This document shows positions 25,056-37,704 of a stretch of DNA of 64,000 nt, one piece after another. The notes under the pieces are model-generated. The model was not told the origin of the DNA. It did not search any database and saw nothing but the letters and a program-made list of their open reading frames with translations. Position 1 is the first letter of the stretch. Each line of letters starts with the position of its first letter. Origin of the DNA: Chiloscyllium plagiosum (Eukaryota); the NCBI RefSeq assembly GCF_004010195.1, contig NC_057720.1, positions 25,038,736 through 25,102,735 on the forward strand, written 5' to 3'. The translations under genes and the position numbers were made by a program.

Positions 25056-25292
25056 GTATGAGAAGCTTCCATCAGACTATCGAACTCCTTTTATCTTGAA
25101 CTTAGACAGCTGTGGACATCCAGCATCTATGTCAGGAGCTACGACAATGGCAACTACTCGCACAGCTTCCTCCACACTTGCCTCCTTGTCTCGTTACTTC
25201 TATCATCAGCGCTGGATATGGTCTGTGCAGCCAGGTTTGGGCCCATCAGTACCCATCACTTCTGCAGCACAGATACTTTCTATTCTCACTGA
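25056..25292 (+). CDS. SZT2: SZT2 exon [13 protein letters not shown]...[14 protein letters not shown]...LSILTE
   Basis: aag|G, GA|gtaagg, 237 nt, phase 2-2. Confidence 0.95.
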
Positions 25293-26869
25293 GTAAGGAA
25301 TTATTATTAATGTTTTAGTCTGCAGAGAAAATATTTTAAGAAACAGCTTTGTTAAATCCATCCAGTTTATTCCATAAATCCATGATTTAATACTTGAAAA
25401 AATTTAATTTGCCATGTTTAATTTGTACAGCTTTAATTAGTCATCTATCATGTCTCTCTATATCCTCTTAATCTGTCTTTGTTATTTCAAAAATTTGATG
25501 CATCTTGTTCTCTTTAATGTTTTCAAACTGAGATTTGCAGCAGTTTGAGTTCTGTACGGAAGTCTGGAGGTCCCTGTGAATTTCATAATGTTGATCTTTC
25601 TGAAAGTGAGAATGGAATTTGAAAAGATCAGTATTCAGTGTTGGTTTAGAGGAGCTACACTCTTAAGACAAAATGTGACTGTGCATTCATCATTAAAAAT
25701 GTCATTTTTTTTCTCTTTGTTCGTTTGGGAGCTTTTTTATAGTATTAAAAATGTGCATTATTACTTAAAATATACAAGGTCAACAAGTCTGCATTTCATC
25801 TCCCCAATGTCGAGGAGACCACACTCTGAGCAATGAATATTATAGACTAGATTGAGCGAGTTTAGGCAAATTGTGGCAGGAAGATGTCTTTAGGGCCTTG
25901 GACAGTGAGGTGTTACACAATGTGATGTAGGATGGAATCTGGGACATAGTTACACTCAAAGAATCATACCTTGCAGACAGTGTTAGATATTGCTTGACTA
26001 GTCTGTGAATCAATTTTTCCAATTTTGGCACAAGCCCCTAGATGAGGGTAGCAAGAACTCTGAAGAGTTAACAGAGCTACATTCAATGCTGTCTCCATTG
26101 ATACCTAGGTCATGCCTGGCAGTCCATTCATTTCTTTGTTTAGATTTTGTAGTGGTGTGAAAGAACTCGGTGAAATGCTTGGATATTTCAGAATGCAGTG
26201 AAGAATCAAGTGGCATGATTCTGGAGTCACACGCATGCCAGACAAGTATATGGATTCATTAAAGTAATTTTTAAAAATTCATTTCTGGGACATGGAAGTC
26301 ACTGGCTGGGACGGTATTTATTGCTCATCCCTAGTTGCTCTGAGAAGTTAGTGGTGAGCTGCCTCTTGAATCTTTGCAGTCCACATGTTGTAGGTAGACC
26401 CATAATGCTATGTGGGAAGTAATTCCAGGTTGTTGATCCAGTGACACTGAAAGAACGGTGATATATTTCCAAATCTGGAGTCCTTGATTGAGCTACAAAT
26501 TCAGAATTGTGACATGCACAAATTGCTAAACAACCATCATTAGTTCTGGTTGTACGTACTATGGTACAATTTTAAAATTGAGCATCTTTTTAATCCTTTT
26601 ACTAGATATGGATTATAACAAACAGTAATGGTTGCAATTGTTGTCATTACGTAGATTTTATTGAATCCAGATTTTACTATTGGCTACATTGGAGTTTGAA
26701 CTCACTTACTCATGAGCCTAGATTATTGGTCCAGTGCCATTGCTATTATGCCACTGCCTCCCCATAATTTTCTTTTCAATATAATGTTGGTTCACAACAA
26801 ATTAAGTGTAAAGACTTACAAGGCCATAACTGCATTTTAACTGTCCATTTTCTCTATTTCAACGTTTAG

Positions 26870-26948
26870 GATTCGTTTGTCTGAAGGGTTCCGCTTTGCT
26901 GCCACTGGAGATGGCATTGTCACCATGGTGATTGAGTTACCTATGAAG
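26870..26948 (+). CDS. SZT2: SZT2 exon N, IRLSEGFRFAATGDGIVTMVIELPMK
   Basis: tag|G, AAG|gtaagg, 79 nt, phase 2-0. Confidence 0.95.
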
Positions 26949-27210
26949 GTAAGGATGGGGGTTGCTGAGAGTATACTTTATGAAAGTTCATGTTCTGGGT
27001 ATCAAAACATTCTGATTGGAAATGACAAGTGCACACTGTTAAGGAAATCAAACTTCCTATTAGACTCTGAATCTGTGGTCACTTCCATCTCTTCTTCCTC
27101 AGCTAAACCAACTGAATAGAGCCTATCAGACAAACCTGTAAACATTTAAGACACCAATACCAGAGAAGGAAATTGTTTTCCACATTAATCATTTACATTA
27201 TATGCATTGT

Positions 27211-27528
27211 GGGCGGCACGGTGGCACAGTGGTTAGCACTGCTGCCTCACAGCGCCTGAGACCCGGATTCATTTCCTGCCTCAGGCGACTGACTGTGTGG
27301 AGTTTGCACATTCTCCCCGTGTCTGTGTGGGTTTCCTCCGGGTGCTCCGGTTTCCTCCCACAGTCCAAAGATGTGCAGGTCCGGTGAATTGGCCATGCTA
27401 AATTGCCCGTAGTGTTAGGTAAGGGGTAAATGTAGGGCTATGGGTGGGTTGCGCTTCGGCGGGTCGGTGTGGACTTGTTGGGCCGAAGGGCCTGTTTCCA
27501 CACTGTAATGTAATGTAATCTAATCTAA
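27211..27528 (+). mobile_element. Full-length HE1/V-SINE
   Basis: A-box TGGCACAGTGG, V-domain tgtggagtttgcacattctccccgtg, (aatct)n tail. Confidence 0.93.
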
Positions 27529-27614
27529 TTGTATATTGAAACTGTTAATCCAGTTGATTCTGTGTATTGGGAATTTATTGGAGTTGTTTATTAATGCAAT
27601 TTGTTTGGATGCAG

Positions 27615-27709
27615 GGCAGTTCAAGATGTGATGCTGATAATGATGTGCTCCATACATGCCTAGTACAGTACATCATCTTTCCACCTCATACTACATCTAC
27701 CAAAGACAG
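27615..27709 (+). CDS. SZT2: SZT2 exon O, GSSRC...HTCLVQYIIFPPHTTSTKD
   Basis: cag|GGC, CAG|gtaaac, 95 nt, phase 0-2. Confidence 0.92.
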
Positions 27710-28016
27710 GTAAACATATGATATATGAAATTGCTGTTCAGAAGTTATCTGATATTATTATGTGTATGGATTATTCCTTTTTTAGTGTGAACTAAGGAGA
27801 TTGCAAAATGGTGACATTAAATAATCATTGAGTAATTAGACTTTTTTTTTAGTCTAGAAATAACTTGCTTTATATAGTTGTTAATTCTAGATCTCTTAAG
27901 ATGGGGTTAGTTATGTGCGATAAACAGAAGGATACTGGAATGAATTTCATTATGAATGTATGATCTTTATAGATCTTTAATGGTTTCTCTTGGCCAGCTG
28001 TTATCTAACTGACTGT

Positions 28017-28355
28017 GGGCGGCACGGTGGCACAGTGGGCGGCATGTGGCACAGTGGTTAGCACTGCTGCCTCACAGCGCCAGAGACCTAGGTTCAATTC
28101 CCGTCTCAGGCGACTGACTGTGTGGAGTTTGCACATTCTCCCCGTGTCTGCGTGGGTTTCCTCTGGGTGCTCCGGTTTCCTCCCACAGTCCAAAAATGTG
28201 CAGTTTAGGTGAATTGGCCATGCTAAATTGCCCGTAGTGTTAGGGGCAGGGATAAATGTAGGGGAATGGGTCTGGATGGGTTGGGCTTTGGTGGGTCGGT
28301 GTGGACTTGTTGGGCCGAAGGGCCTGTTTCCACACTGTAAGTAATCTAATCTAAT
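28017..28355 (+). mobile_element. Full-length HE1/V-SINE with duplicated 5' head
   Basis: gggcggcacggtggcacagt present twice (second copy imperfect); B-box ggttcaattcc; V-domain; tail. Confidence 0.93.
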
Positions 28356-28844
28356 CTTTATTGGAAAATATTACTTGTTGTTGTCAAGCCAGTTATTTTG
28401 CAACTTCATTAAGTATGCTGTGCTGCTCAGTAGTTTTGGCAGGTAGCTGTTCTCTTGACCGAACAGCTCAAGAGATTGTCCAGTGTAGCATCAAGCCATA
28501 TAGATCTGAAAGTCACAGTTTGATTTGCGGTCTTTGCTGCATTAGCTGTCTCTGCTGTTAGAATAATTGAGTTACTGCAATTATTCCCAAAACTTTTGGC
28601 TCGGAAGGTAGAAAATCATTATCATCGATAAACTCTCCTCAGAAGCATGCCTGATATCCAGGTAAGCAGTGGATTAGGCTGAGTTGTGATGACTCCATAT
28701 TTGAATAACCTTCCAGTACTTCAGGTTTGGGCTCACGTGAAGACTGACCACTTTGAGCTAATAAATTAGATCTGCTGGTACCTCTAGAACTGGAGTACAG
28801 CAACTGTTTCTTCTTCTGAAAAGTGGAAAGGGTATTGACAACAT

Positions 28845-29730
28845 AGTCATACAGAACCGAAAGAGGCCTTTGTCCCATCTTGTCTGTGCTTACCTATCTA
28901 TGCTAATCCACTTTCCAATACAGCTTTGAATGTTTCAAGTGTTTATCTGCATGCCTTTTAAAGGTTATGAGGTTTCCCACTTCTACCACTCTCCCAGGCA
29001 GTGCATTCAAAATTTTCTTCATCCTCTAGATGACAAAAAAAGTCCTCAAATCACCTCTAAACCTCCTCCCTTTCACCTTAAAGTTATGCCTCCTTGTTAT
29101 TGACCATACAACTAATGGGAAAAGCTACTTTCCTTTCCACCCAGTCAGTGCCCCATATAATTCTCATAAGACCCGGCAGCATCAGCAGTGGCTGCATTGG
29201 CGAGGTGGACCCAAAGCAGACTCATGGAAGCAGTGGACTCGAGTTTGGGCAGGTGAAATACCTGGTGGCATCGGTCACGCCTGCATCGACAATGTCCAGT
29301 GTGGACTCATAGTGGCAAGGGCATTTCTGGAGGCGAGATGGTGCTGAAGAACGGTGATTTTTGTTCCAGTGGCAAAGGTCGGCGAAGGGTGCTTGTGATT
29401 GACCACCAGGCCCATGGCGGAGCACTTAACAATAAGGACTGTGAAGTTGAACACCTTTTCTTTATTTTTTTTCATTTTTCTGTCTTTATATTCTATGTTT
29501 TGGTTTATTTTTCTGTGTTTTAAGGTGGTGCCAGAGAGTGGTGACACTATACAAGATTTCTCTCTATATCTTGTGACAAAGTACATGTGACAATAAATAA
29601 ATCGATCAAATCAAAACTATACACTTCAATCATGTTCGCTTCCCGCCTCCTCCATTCTAAAGAAAAAAAACCCAAGCCTATCCAGCCTCTCTTCATAGCA
29701 AAACCCTCCATCCTGGTGAATCTGAACTCC
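28845..29730. mobile_element. Minus-strand CR1 3' fragment split by a ~445-bp plus-strand insert (about 29170-29615) ending in a Rex1-like tail
   Basis: Insert ends gtacatgtgacaataaataaatcgatcaaatcaaa; host resumes with tatacacttcaatc (antisense IEVY). Confidence 0.7.
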
Positions 29731-29918
29731 ATATGGAGCATGTAGGTGTGATATCACTTTACCATCATGTTGCTTTTACAATGGTTGCACTTTTTAATTG
29801 CTTTTTGGATTTTTTCAGCTATTGAATATGGTTTTTTACATATTTTCCAAGCTTGATCTGTTCAATACTTGCATGTAATATAGAGACAACTATTGATCTG
29901 CATGTAATTTTCTCTTAG

Positions 29919-30087
29919 CTTCTCCACAGATGACGATAATGACACTGAAGTCGAGGCAATTGAACTTGACACAGAATTGAATTTAGTGACTGAATGTTGG
30001 GTGGAGCCTCAGAGTGGTCATGTGGTTACCTCTGCTGACAGCCGAAAGTACTTGAATGGATTGTCCTATTTAGACATCCCAAAAGCA
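29919..30087 (+). CDS. SZT2: SZT2 exon [15 protein letters not shown]...[13 protein letters not shown]...IPKA
   Basis: tag|C, GCA|gtaagt, 169 nt, phase 2-0. Confidence 0.95.
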
Positions 30088-30855
30088 GTAAGTCATATGG
30101 GAAATTATTTCAACTCCATTAAGAGGCTTTCTGCACTCATAGAATTTGATGATTACAAAACAAAGAATGTCTCGACAATCAGTATGCACTAGGTAAAACC
30201 GGTTACTTGTTTGGGACACAGAGACCCGTGATGCACATTGATTTGGTTCATCTGTGATGCTGGGCAAATGAAATGTAACTCCTCAGTCAGCAGATTAGAT
30301 TACTCTGCTTTTCGGTGTCAGTTTGCAAATTGCAACATACTGATTTTACGGTGTCCAGGGTTCAGCAGCCGTTCAATCCCTCAGTGCTGTGGATGCTATC
30401 TTGTGAGTAGTGTTTACTGTTATCACGCACAGCAATGAATGGTACATGCACCCACAAGTCAAATGGACCTTGGAATGCTGTGTGTATTGTCTGTTGTCTA
30501 CAGATTGAATCTAAATGCAGAGCGAAAAAGACTTTGTTTTGAAGTTTGATGTGCATAGTCCTTCTCTTGATGAAGTTTTGGAAAAATTTGACTTTTTTAA
30601 ATTGAAGTTTTAATTTTTTTTTAGCTACATCAACATTTTGCACAGTCATATCGTCCTTTGGAATTGCCAAACAAACCTTTCTCAAGACTACCAGGATTTT
30701 AAAGCCTGTAAAATTACACTTTAACATTGAGCCCTAAATCTTCTGCAAATTTAATCCATCAGTTTCTTTTTGAAGAGATTTTTCCATATTGATTGTGTTC
30801 TGCAAGGGAGGATGATGTGAAGTATTTTCATAAATACAACTTCTTTTCTTCCTAG

Positions 30856-30970
30856 ATTTTTCCACAAGACTATGCATGTGTATCTTCCATGTTGACCTTT
30901 GAACATCTAAGTCAGCTCTGTCAGAATAAGGACTACATCTTGCCACTTTGGGGGTCAAGGAACACAGAAG
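30856..30970 (+). CDS. SZT2: SZT2 exon Q, IFPQDYACVSSMLTFEHLSQLCQNK...RNTE
   Basis: tag|ATT, AAG|gtaggg, 115 nt, phase 0-1. Confidence 0.92.
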
Positions 30971-33164
30971 GTAGGGAATTAAAAGATATAGGAGCTAGGA
31001 CTAGAAGTTTAGAGCTTAAGAGGTGGATTAAAGTTTGGACAGTGTTGACGTGTTTTTATCAAGTAATGACTAACAATTGCTCTCTATAAATACTCGACCA
31101 CCCACAACAAAAAAAACACTCTTCCATCCAGCTACCTTAATACTTACTAATTTGATTGATATTATTCCATACTGATGTTTCGTTGCTGCATGTTGATCCT
31201 TATATCCTGTGCAAGTTTAAAATCTTACAAAAGATGACTGCTAGAAAATCTAGGGTTATAAAGTTAGAACTGTAGTTGACTATTTACAGTATTGTAGAGC
31301 TCAATTCAAAAGTTCATATCTTTGTTAAGAAATTCTTCCATAGCCTTATCATTCTCTAAATCTACAATCTCCTCTAAACCTTTCAATCTAAGATATTTGT
31401 CTTTCTGACAATCTGTTTTCATACGTATACTTGATTATAATTAACCTATTAATGGCGGCTGTGACTTCAACTGCTTTGGCCCAAACTTAAATTCCATCTA
31501 GAAACATCTCTACCTCTCTTATCTTTTATTGCATCTGGCAATGTTTTATATTTTAAGGGCGCATTATAAGTGCAATTTATTATTACTCTATGCCATCAGT
31601 GTTATGACCAATTGACCATATTGACACAAGACTGAGAGAATACCTTTCAAATTTTTTAATATATCTAAACTTCTGGGATGTATGCAGAACTAGCTGGGAA
31701 GCATTTATCGCCAATCCTTAGTTTCCCTTGAGAAGGTGATGGTGAGCTGCATTTTTAAACACTGCAGCCCAGGTGCTCTGGGTTGACCCACAATTCCATT
31801 CGAGAGAGAATTCCAGGATTTTAGCCCAGTGACAGTAAAGGAACCGATGCATTTCCAAGTCAGGATGGTGAGTTGCTTCAAAGGGAACTTGCAGGTGGTG
31901 GTGTTATTGTTTGATATTTTTGTTCCATTCACACTCAGGCAGTGAAGAAATGGTGACGCTGAGTCAGGATGATGATTGACTTAGAGGTGAATTTGCAGGT
32001 GGTAGGTGTTCCCATGTATCTGCTTTCCTTGACCATCCAGATGGAAGTTGTCGTGGGTTTGATAGATACTTCTAAGGCTCTTTGGTGAATTTCTGCAGTG
32101 CATCTTGAAGATTGTACACACTGCTTCTACTGAGCATCGGTGGAGGGAATTGATGTTTTTGGATGTGTACCAATTGAATGGGGTGTTTTATCCTGGATGC
32201 TGTCTAGCTTCTTGAGTATTGCATGAATCCAGGCAACTGGGTAGTATTGCATCATCTCCTGACTTGTGCCTTTATAGATAGTGGACAGGCTTTGGGGCTC
32301 AGGAATGAGTTACTTGCTGTATTCCAAGCCTCTAACCTACTCATGTAGCTATTGTATTTATGTGGCGAATCCAGTTGAGTTTTTGGTTAATAGTAACACA
32401 AAGGATGTCAATTGTGAGGGATTCGGTGATAGTAACACTATTAAAAGTCAAGGGACACTGGTTAAATTGGAGATGGTCCATGCCTGGCATTTGTGTGGCA
32501 CTTGTTACTCGCGACATTATAACATTTGAGCATGGACTACTTCAGTATCTGAGGAATTGCAAACAATGATGAACATTGTGCATTCATCAGCATCTATTCC
32601 CACTTCTGACCTTACTATGGAGGGGAGGTTATTGATGAAGCTGCTGAAGATGGTTGGGCTGAGAACACCTAACCTGACAAACTCCTGTGGAGATGTCCTG
32701 GAGGTCAGGTGACAACCATCTTCATTCGGGCTAGGTATGACTCCAGCCTTGGGAGCATTTGTACCTTGGGGATACTCATTGATTCCAGTTTTGCTAGGGC
32801 TTCTTGTTGCTCTCGAGTGTAGCCTTGATGTCTTGGGCTGTCACTGTCACCTCACCTCTGGAATTCTTTTGTTCATGTTTGAACCAAGGCTGTAATGAGG
32901 TCAGGAGCTTTGTGGCTTTGTGACTAAGCAGGTGATTACTGAGTAGGTGCAGCTTGATAGCACTGTTGATAACACCTTCTATCTCTTTTCTGATGATTGA
33001 AACTAGATTGGAGCTGTAATTGGCTGGGTTAGATTTGTCTTGCTTTGTGTGTACAGAACATAGCTGGGAGAAAGTGAGGACTGCAGATGCTGGAGACCAG
33101 AGTTGAAAAATGTGGTGCTGGAAAAACACAGTAGGCCAGGCAGCATCCGAGGAGCAGGGGAATC

Positions 33165-33192
33165 GACGTTTCGGGCATAAGCCCTTCTTCAG
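33165..33192 (-). ncRNA. Minimal hammerhead-ribozyme-like motif in the Penelope 3' repeat
   Basis: CUGAAGA-A-GGGC-UUAU-GCCC-GAAAC-GUC, in the element's sense orientation. Confidence 0.6.
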
Positions 33193-33409
33193 GAATGAGG
33201 CTGATGTGGCAAGCGGGCTGCGATAAAGGGTAGGGGGGAGGGGCGCTGGGCATATGATAGTGGAAGGAGGTGAGGTGATAGGCCGGAGAGGGGTTGGTGG
33301 CGGAGAGGTCGGGAAGAAGATTGCAGGTCGAGAGGGTGGTGCTGAATCCGGGGGTTGGGACTGAGATAAGGTGGGGAGAGGGGAAATGAGGAAGCTGGAG
33401 AAATCGACA

Positions 33410-33425
33410 NNNNNNNNNNNNNNNN
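33410..33425. other. Assembly gap (16 N)
   Basis: Run of N. Confidence 1.
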
Positions 33426-36400
33426 ATGAGGCGCTCTTCCTCCAGGCGTCGTGTGGTCAGGGTCTGGCGATGGAGGAGGCCAAGGACCTGCATGTCCTTG
33501 GCAGAGTGGGAGGGGGAGTTAAAGTGTTCAGCCACGGGGCGGTTGGGTTGGTTGGTGTGGGTGTCCCAGAGGTGTTTCCTGAATCGTTCCGCAAGTCGGC
33601 GGCCTGTAGAGGAGACCACATCAGGTGCAACGGATACAGTAAATGATGTGTGTGGAGGTGCAGGTGAATTTGCGATGGATATGGAAGGATCCCTTGGGGC
33701 CTTGGAGGGAGGTGAGGGGGGAGGTGTGGGCGCAAGTTTTGCACTTCTTGCAGTTGCAGGGAAAGGTGCCGGGAGTGTAGACCTGACGAGGGAGTCGTGG
33801 AGTGAGTGGTCTCTCCAGAACGCTGATTGGGTGGGGAGGGAAATATATCCCTGGTGGTGGGGTCTGTTTGGAGGTGGCATAAATGATGGAGAATGATATG
33901 ATGTATCCGGAGGTTGGTAGGGTGGAAGGTGAGGACCAGTGGGGTTCTGTCCTAGTGGCGATTGGAGGGGCGGGGTTCAAGGGCGGAGGTGCGGGAAGTG
34001 GAAGAGATGCGGTGGAGAGAATCGTCGACCACGTCGGAGGGGAAATTGCGGTCTTTGAAGAAGGAGGCCATTTGGGTTGTTTGGTAGTGGAATTGGTCCT
34101 CCTGGGAGCAGATGCGGCGGAGGTGAAGGAATTGGGAATACGGGATGGCGTTTTTACAGGGGGCAGGTTGGGAGGAGGTGTAATCTAGGTAGCCGTGGGA
34201 GTTGGTCGGTTTGTAGTAAATGTCCGTGTTGAGTCGGTCGCCTGAGATAGAAATGGAGAGGTCTAGGAAGGGGAGGGAGGAGTCTGAGATGGTCCAGGTA
34301 AATGTGAGGTCGGGGTGGAAGGTGTTAGTAAAGTGGATGAACTGTTCACCGTCCTCGTGAGAGCATGAGGTAGCGCCAATACAATCATCAATGTAGCGGA
34401 GGAAAACGTGGGGGGTGGTGCCAGTGTAGCTGCGGAAGATGGACTTTTCCACATATCCGACGAAGAGGCGGGCATAGCTGGGGCCAATGGTTTGAAGGAA
34501 GTGGGAGGATTGGAAGGAGAAGTTGTTAAGAGTGAGGAACAGTTCAGTCAGTCGAAGGAGGGTGTCAGTGGAAGGTACTGGTTGCGTCGGCGGGAGAGGA
34601 AGAAGCGGAGGGCTTAGAGGCCTTCGTGATAGGGGATGGAAGTGTATAAGGATTGGATCGTGAAGATAAGGCTTTGGGGGCCGGAGAAGCGAAAATCATG
34701 GAGGAAGTGGAGGGCGTGGGTGGTGTCCCGAACGTAGGTGGGGAGTTCTTGGACTAAGGGGGACAGGACAGTGTCGAGGTATGCAGAGATGAGTCCGGTG
34801 GGGCAGAAGCAGGCTGAGACAGTGGGTTGGCCGGGGCAGTCAGGTTTGTGGATTTTGGCCAGGAGGTAGAAACGGGCGGTGTGGGGTTGTGGGACTATCA
34901 GGTTGAAGGCGGTGAATGGGAGATCTCCTGAGGTGGTGAGGTTATGGATGGTCTGGGAGATGATGGTTTGGTGGTGGGAGGTAGGGTCATGGTCAAGGGG
35001 GCAGTAGGAGAGGTGTCCGTGAGTTGGCGTCTAGCTTCAGTGGTGTAAAGATCAGTGCGCCCAGCAGAACATAGCTGGGCAAATTTCCACATTGTTGGAT
35101 AGAAGCCAGTGTTGTAACTATAATAGAAGTGCTTGGCTAGGGGAGGGGCAAGTTCTAGCGCACTAGTCTTTGGTACTATTGCTGGAATATTATCAAGGCC
35201 CATAGCCTTTGCAATATCCAGTACCCCCAACCATTTTTTTGATATCATGTGGAGGGAATTGAATTGGCTGAAGACTCCTATCTGTAACTTGGGGGACTGC
35301 TGGAGGAGAATGAGGTGGATCATCCACTCAGTACGTCTGTCTGAAGATTGTTGTGAATGATTCAGCCTTTTCTTTTGCACTGATGTACTGAGTTCTTCCT
35401 TCATTGAGGATGGAGATATTTGTGGAGCCTCCACCTCCAGTGAGTTGTTTCATTATTCACCAACATTCACGACTGGATATGATAGGACTGCAGAGCTTCG
35501 ATTTGATCCAATGGTGATGATTTCGCGAAGCTCAGACTATCTCTTGCAGCTTATGCAATATAGCATGTATGCAGTCCTGTTTGGCAACTTCACCTCATTT
35601 TTAGGTGGCAGCTGAACTACCCTCTCCATTGAACCCAATGTTGATCCCCAGCTTGATGATAATGGTTGAGAGGAGGATATTCCAGGCTATATTGTATTGG
35701 AGTACAATTCTGCTGCTGTTGGTGGCCCATAATTCCTCATGGATGCCCTGTTTAGAATTGCTAGATCTGTTCAAAGTCTGTCCCATTTAGCATAATGATA
35801 GTGTCACACAACACTATGGAGAGTATTCTCAATGTGAAGATGGGACTTTGTCTCCTCAAGGACTTTGTGGTGGTCACTCTTAACGATATTGTTATGGACA
35901 GATGCATCTGCAACCAGCAGATTGGTCGGCATGAGGTCAAGTATGGTTTTCCTTGTTGGTTCCCTCACCATCTAACTTCCTTCTATTGCCTGAGTCCTGA
36001 GCCCCTGCCTGACACCTGAGCAACCATCCCTCCTCCTCCAGCTTGTTGCTGCCTGTGCTTTACCCACCAACGTAGGAATCACTACTCTTCAGGCTCCATC
36101 TCTTTGCTGCGGTGTCTACCTCTCTGTTGCCAAGTCCCAGGCAGAGCCCATACTTGCTCTATCACCAGGAGTCTCTAGCTCCGCTGCTACCTCGAGGATG
36201 CCAGGATTCTCCAGGCCATGCTATGCCGGTGCAGCCACCGCCTTGCCAATGCCAAGAGTCCCTGCTGTGGGCCTACTGCAACCAGGAGTCCGTGGCTCCG
36301 CTGCCAGGCTGCATCTTCTCCGGTTACTGTAGGAGTTTTGCTGCTGTTACTGCCGGCCCCAAACAAGGACATCCTTGCAACCGTTACCACAATCTCCAAT

Positions 36401-37370
36401 TGCACAGATGTGCCATATGCACCGTCTCCGACCGTCGGGTGGCTGTTGCCACTCTGCACATGACCCATGCCGATACAACTGACTAACTCGCTAAAGAAAG
36501 CACAAACAAAAGAAAAAGAGCAGACGTAAAAAGTAAAAATGAAAGAAAACACTTGGAAGCTCATGAACCCCGGGAATGAGCCTGCATGCAGCCCTGGTGC
36601 TCTGCCACCATCTTCGAACTGGGAACTTGAGGCCATTTCAAAGGGCTGTGGGTCTGGAATCATATATTGGCCAGACCAGGTGAGGATGGCAGGTTTCCTT
36701 CCCTGAAGGACATTAGTGAGTCAGGTGGGTTTTTCCAACCATCAGCAATGGTTTCATGGTCATCAGTATTCTCTTAATTCCAGATCTTTAGAATTGAATT
36801 CAAATTCTCACATGTACTTTGGAATTTGAACATTTGCTTTGTTTCTGAATTAGTAGTCAATAAAATATTTTTCTCCAACACAAGTAGCATTGTATTTTCA
36901 GTTTCTTTTGTAACTGTAAATGAGTGTTGTTGGTGAACAAAGTATTTTCCCAGTAGTTGTTATCAGCAGCCCAGGGTCAGCTGTAGTTTCAAAATCTCTG
37001 GCCAACAATGAACTGGAAAGAGTGTAATCTATCGTGAGAAAAGGGTTAATGATACTGTGCTGATGTCTGTTAATGATATACTATTATTGATGTGACTCAT
37101 CTGATTGTAGTTTTGAACAGTAGCCTTTACTTTTTTTAGTAAAGATATTTATGTTGATTTTAAAGTATCTCTGACTTACTAAGCTGTCGCAGTAGTTATT
37201 TTTGGGGGATAGTTAAATAGAGACTTTATTACAGATTCCAGTGATGAGTATGAAAAGCAACAGAGGAAGATGACTGAGTATGCATCTTCCTTTTTGATTG
37301 TGTTTCTGTACTAGCTGGTCATTTGCTGGTATGGAATGGCACCTAATTTAAATACAAATATATAAGTACA

Positions 37371-37648
37371 GGTAGCATGATGGCTTAGTGGTTAGCACAG
37401 CAGCCTCTCAGCGCCACGGACCTGGGTTCGATTCCAGCCTCGGGTGACTGTCTGTGTGGGTTTCCTCTGGGTGTTCGGTTTCCTCCCACAATCCAAAGAT
37501 ACGCAGGTCAGGTGGATTGGCCATCCTAAATTGTTTGGTGCATTAGTCAGAGAGAAATGGCACTGGTAGGTTACTCTTCTGAGAGTTAGTGTGGACTTGT
37601 TGGGCCAAATGGCCTGTATCCACACTGTAGGGAATCTAATCTAATCTA
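37371..37648 (+). mobile_element. HE1/V-SINE, diverged subfamily
   Basis: tggcttagtgg, ggttcgattcc, gggtttcctctgggtg, (aatct)n tail. Confidence 0.88.
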
Positions 37649-37704
37649 CCCATTGCAGAGTAGCAATTTTATGGAACAGGAATGGAACTGGAGAAAGTAA
37701 GACT

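Larger units (their letters stand above)
33069..35064 (-). mobile_element. Penelope-like (Neptune-type) retroelement, 5'-truncated and frameshifted
   Basis: FLRYIDDCIG and LPFLDLSI...YYKPTNSHGYL (RT/thumb); FPCNCKKCKTC linker; IIYCIRC...RRLAERFRKH (GIY-YIG); 15-bp TSD cagaacatagctggg at 33054-33068 and 35065-35079. Confidence 0.92.
31680..36860 (-). mobile_element. Decayed CR1-group LINE with tRNA-SINE-like head; hosts a Penelope insertion and an unclassified insert (about 35975-36630)
   Basis: KAMGLDNIPAIVPK...MWKFAQLC (pre-RT region); tail near 31680-31760; head near 36630-36860. Confidence 0.8.

Noticed and set aside
27211..27290. tRNA gene-like A/B boxes
   Set aside because: Head of an HE1 SINE continuing into the V-domain and tail; the same applies to the other SINE heads
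37235..37277. Possible cassette exon DSSDEYEKQQRKMTE between exons Q and R
   Set aside because: 43 nt would shift the frame, the alternative 36-nt version contains a stop, the acceptor is weak, and Q joins R in phase without it
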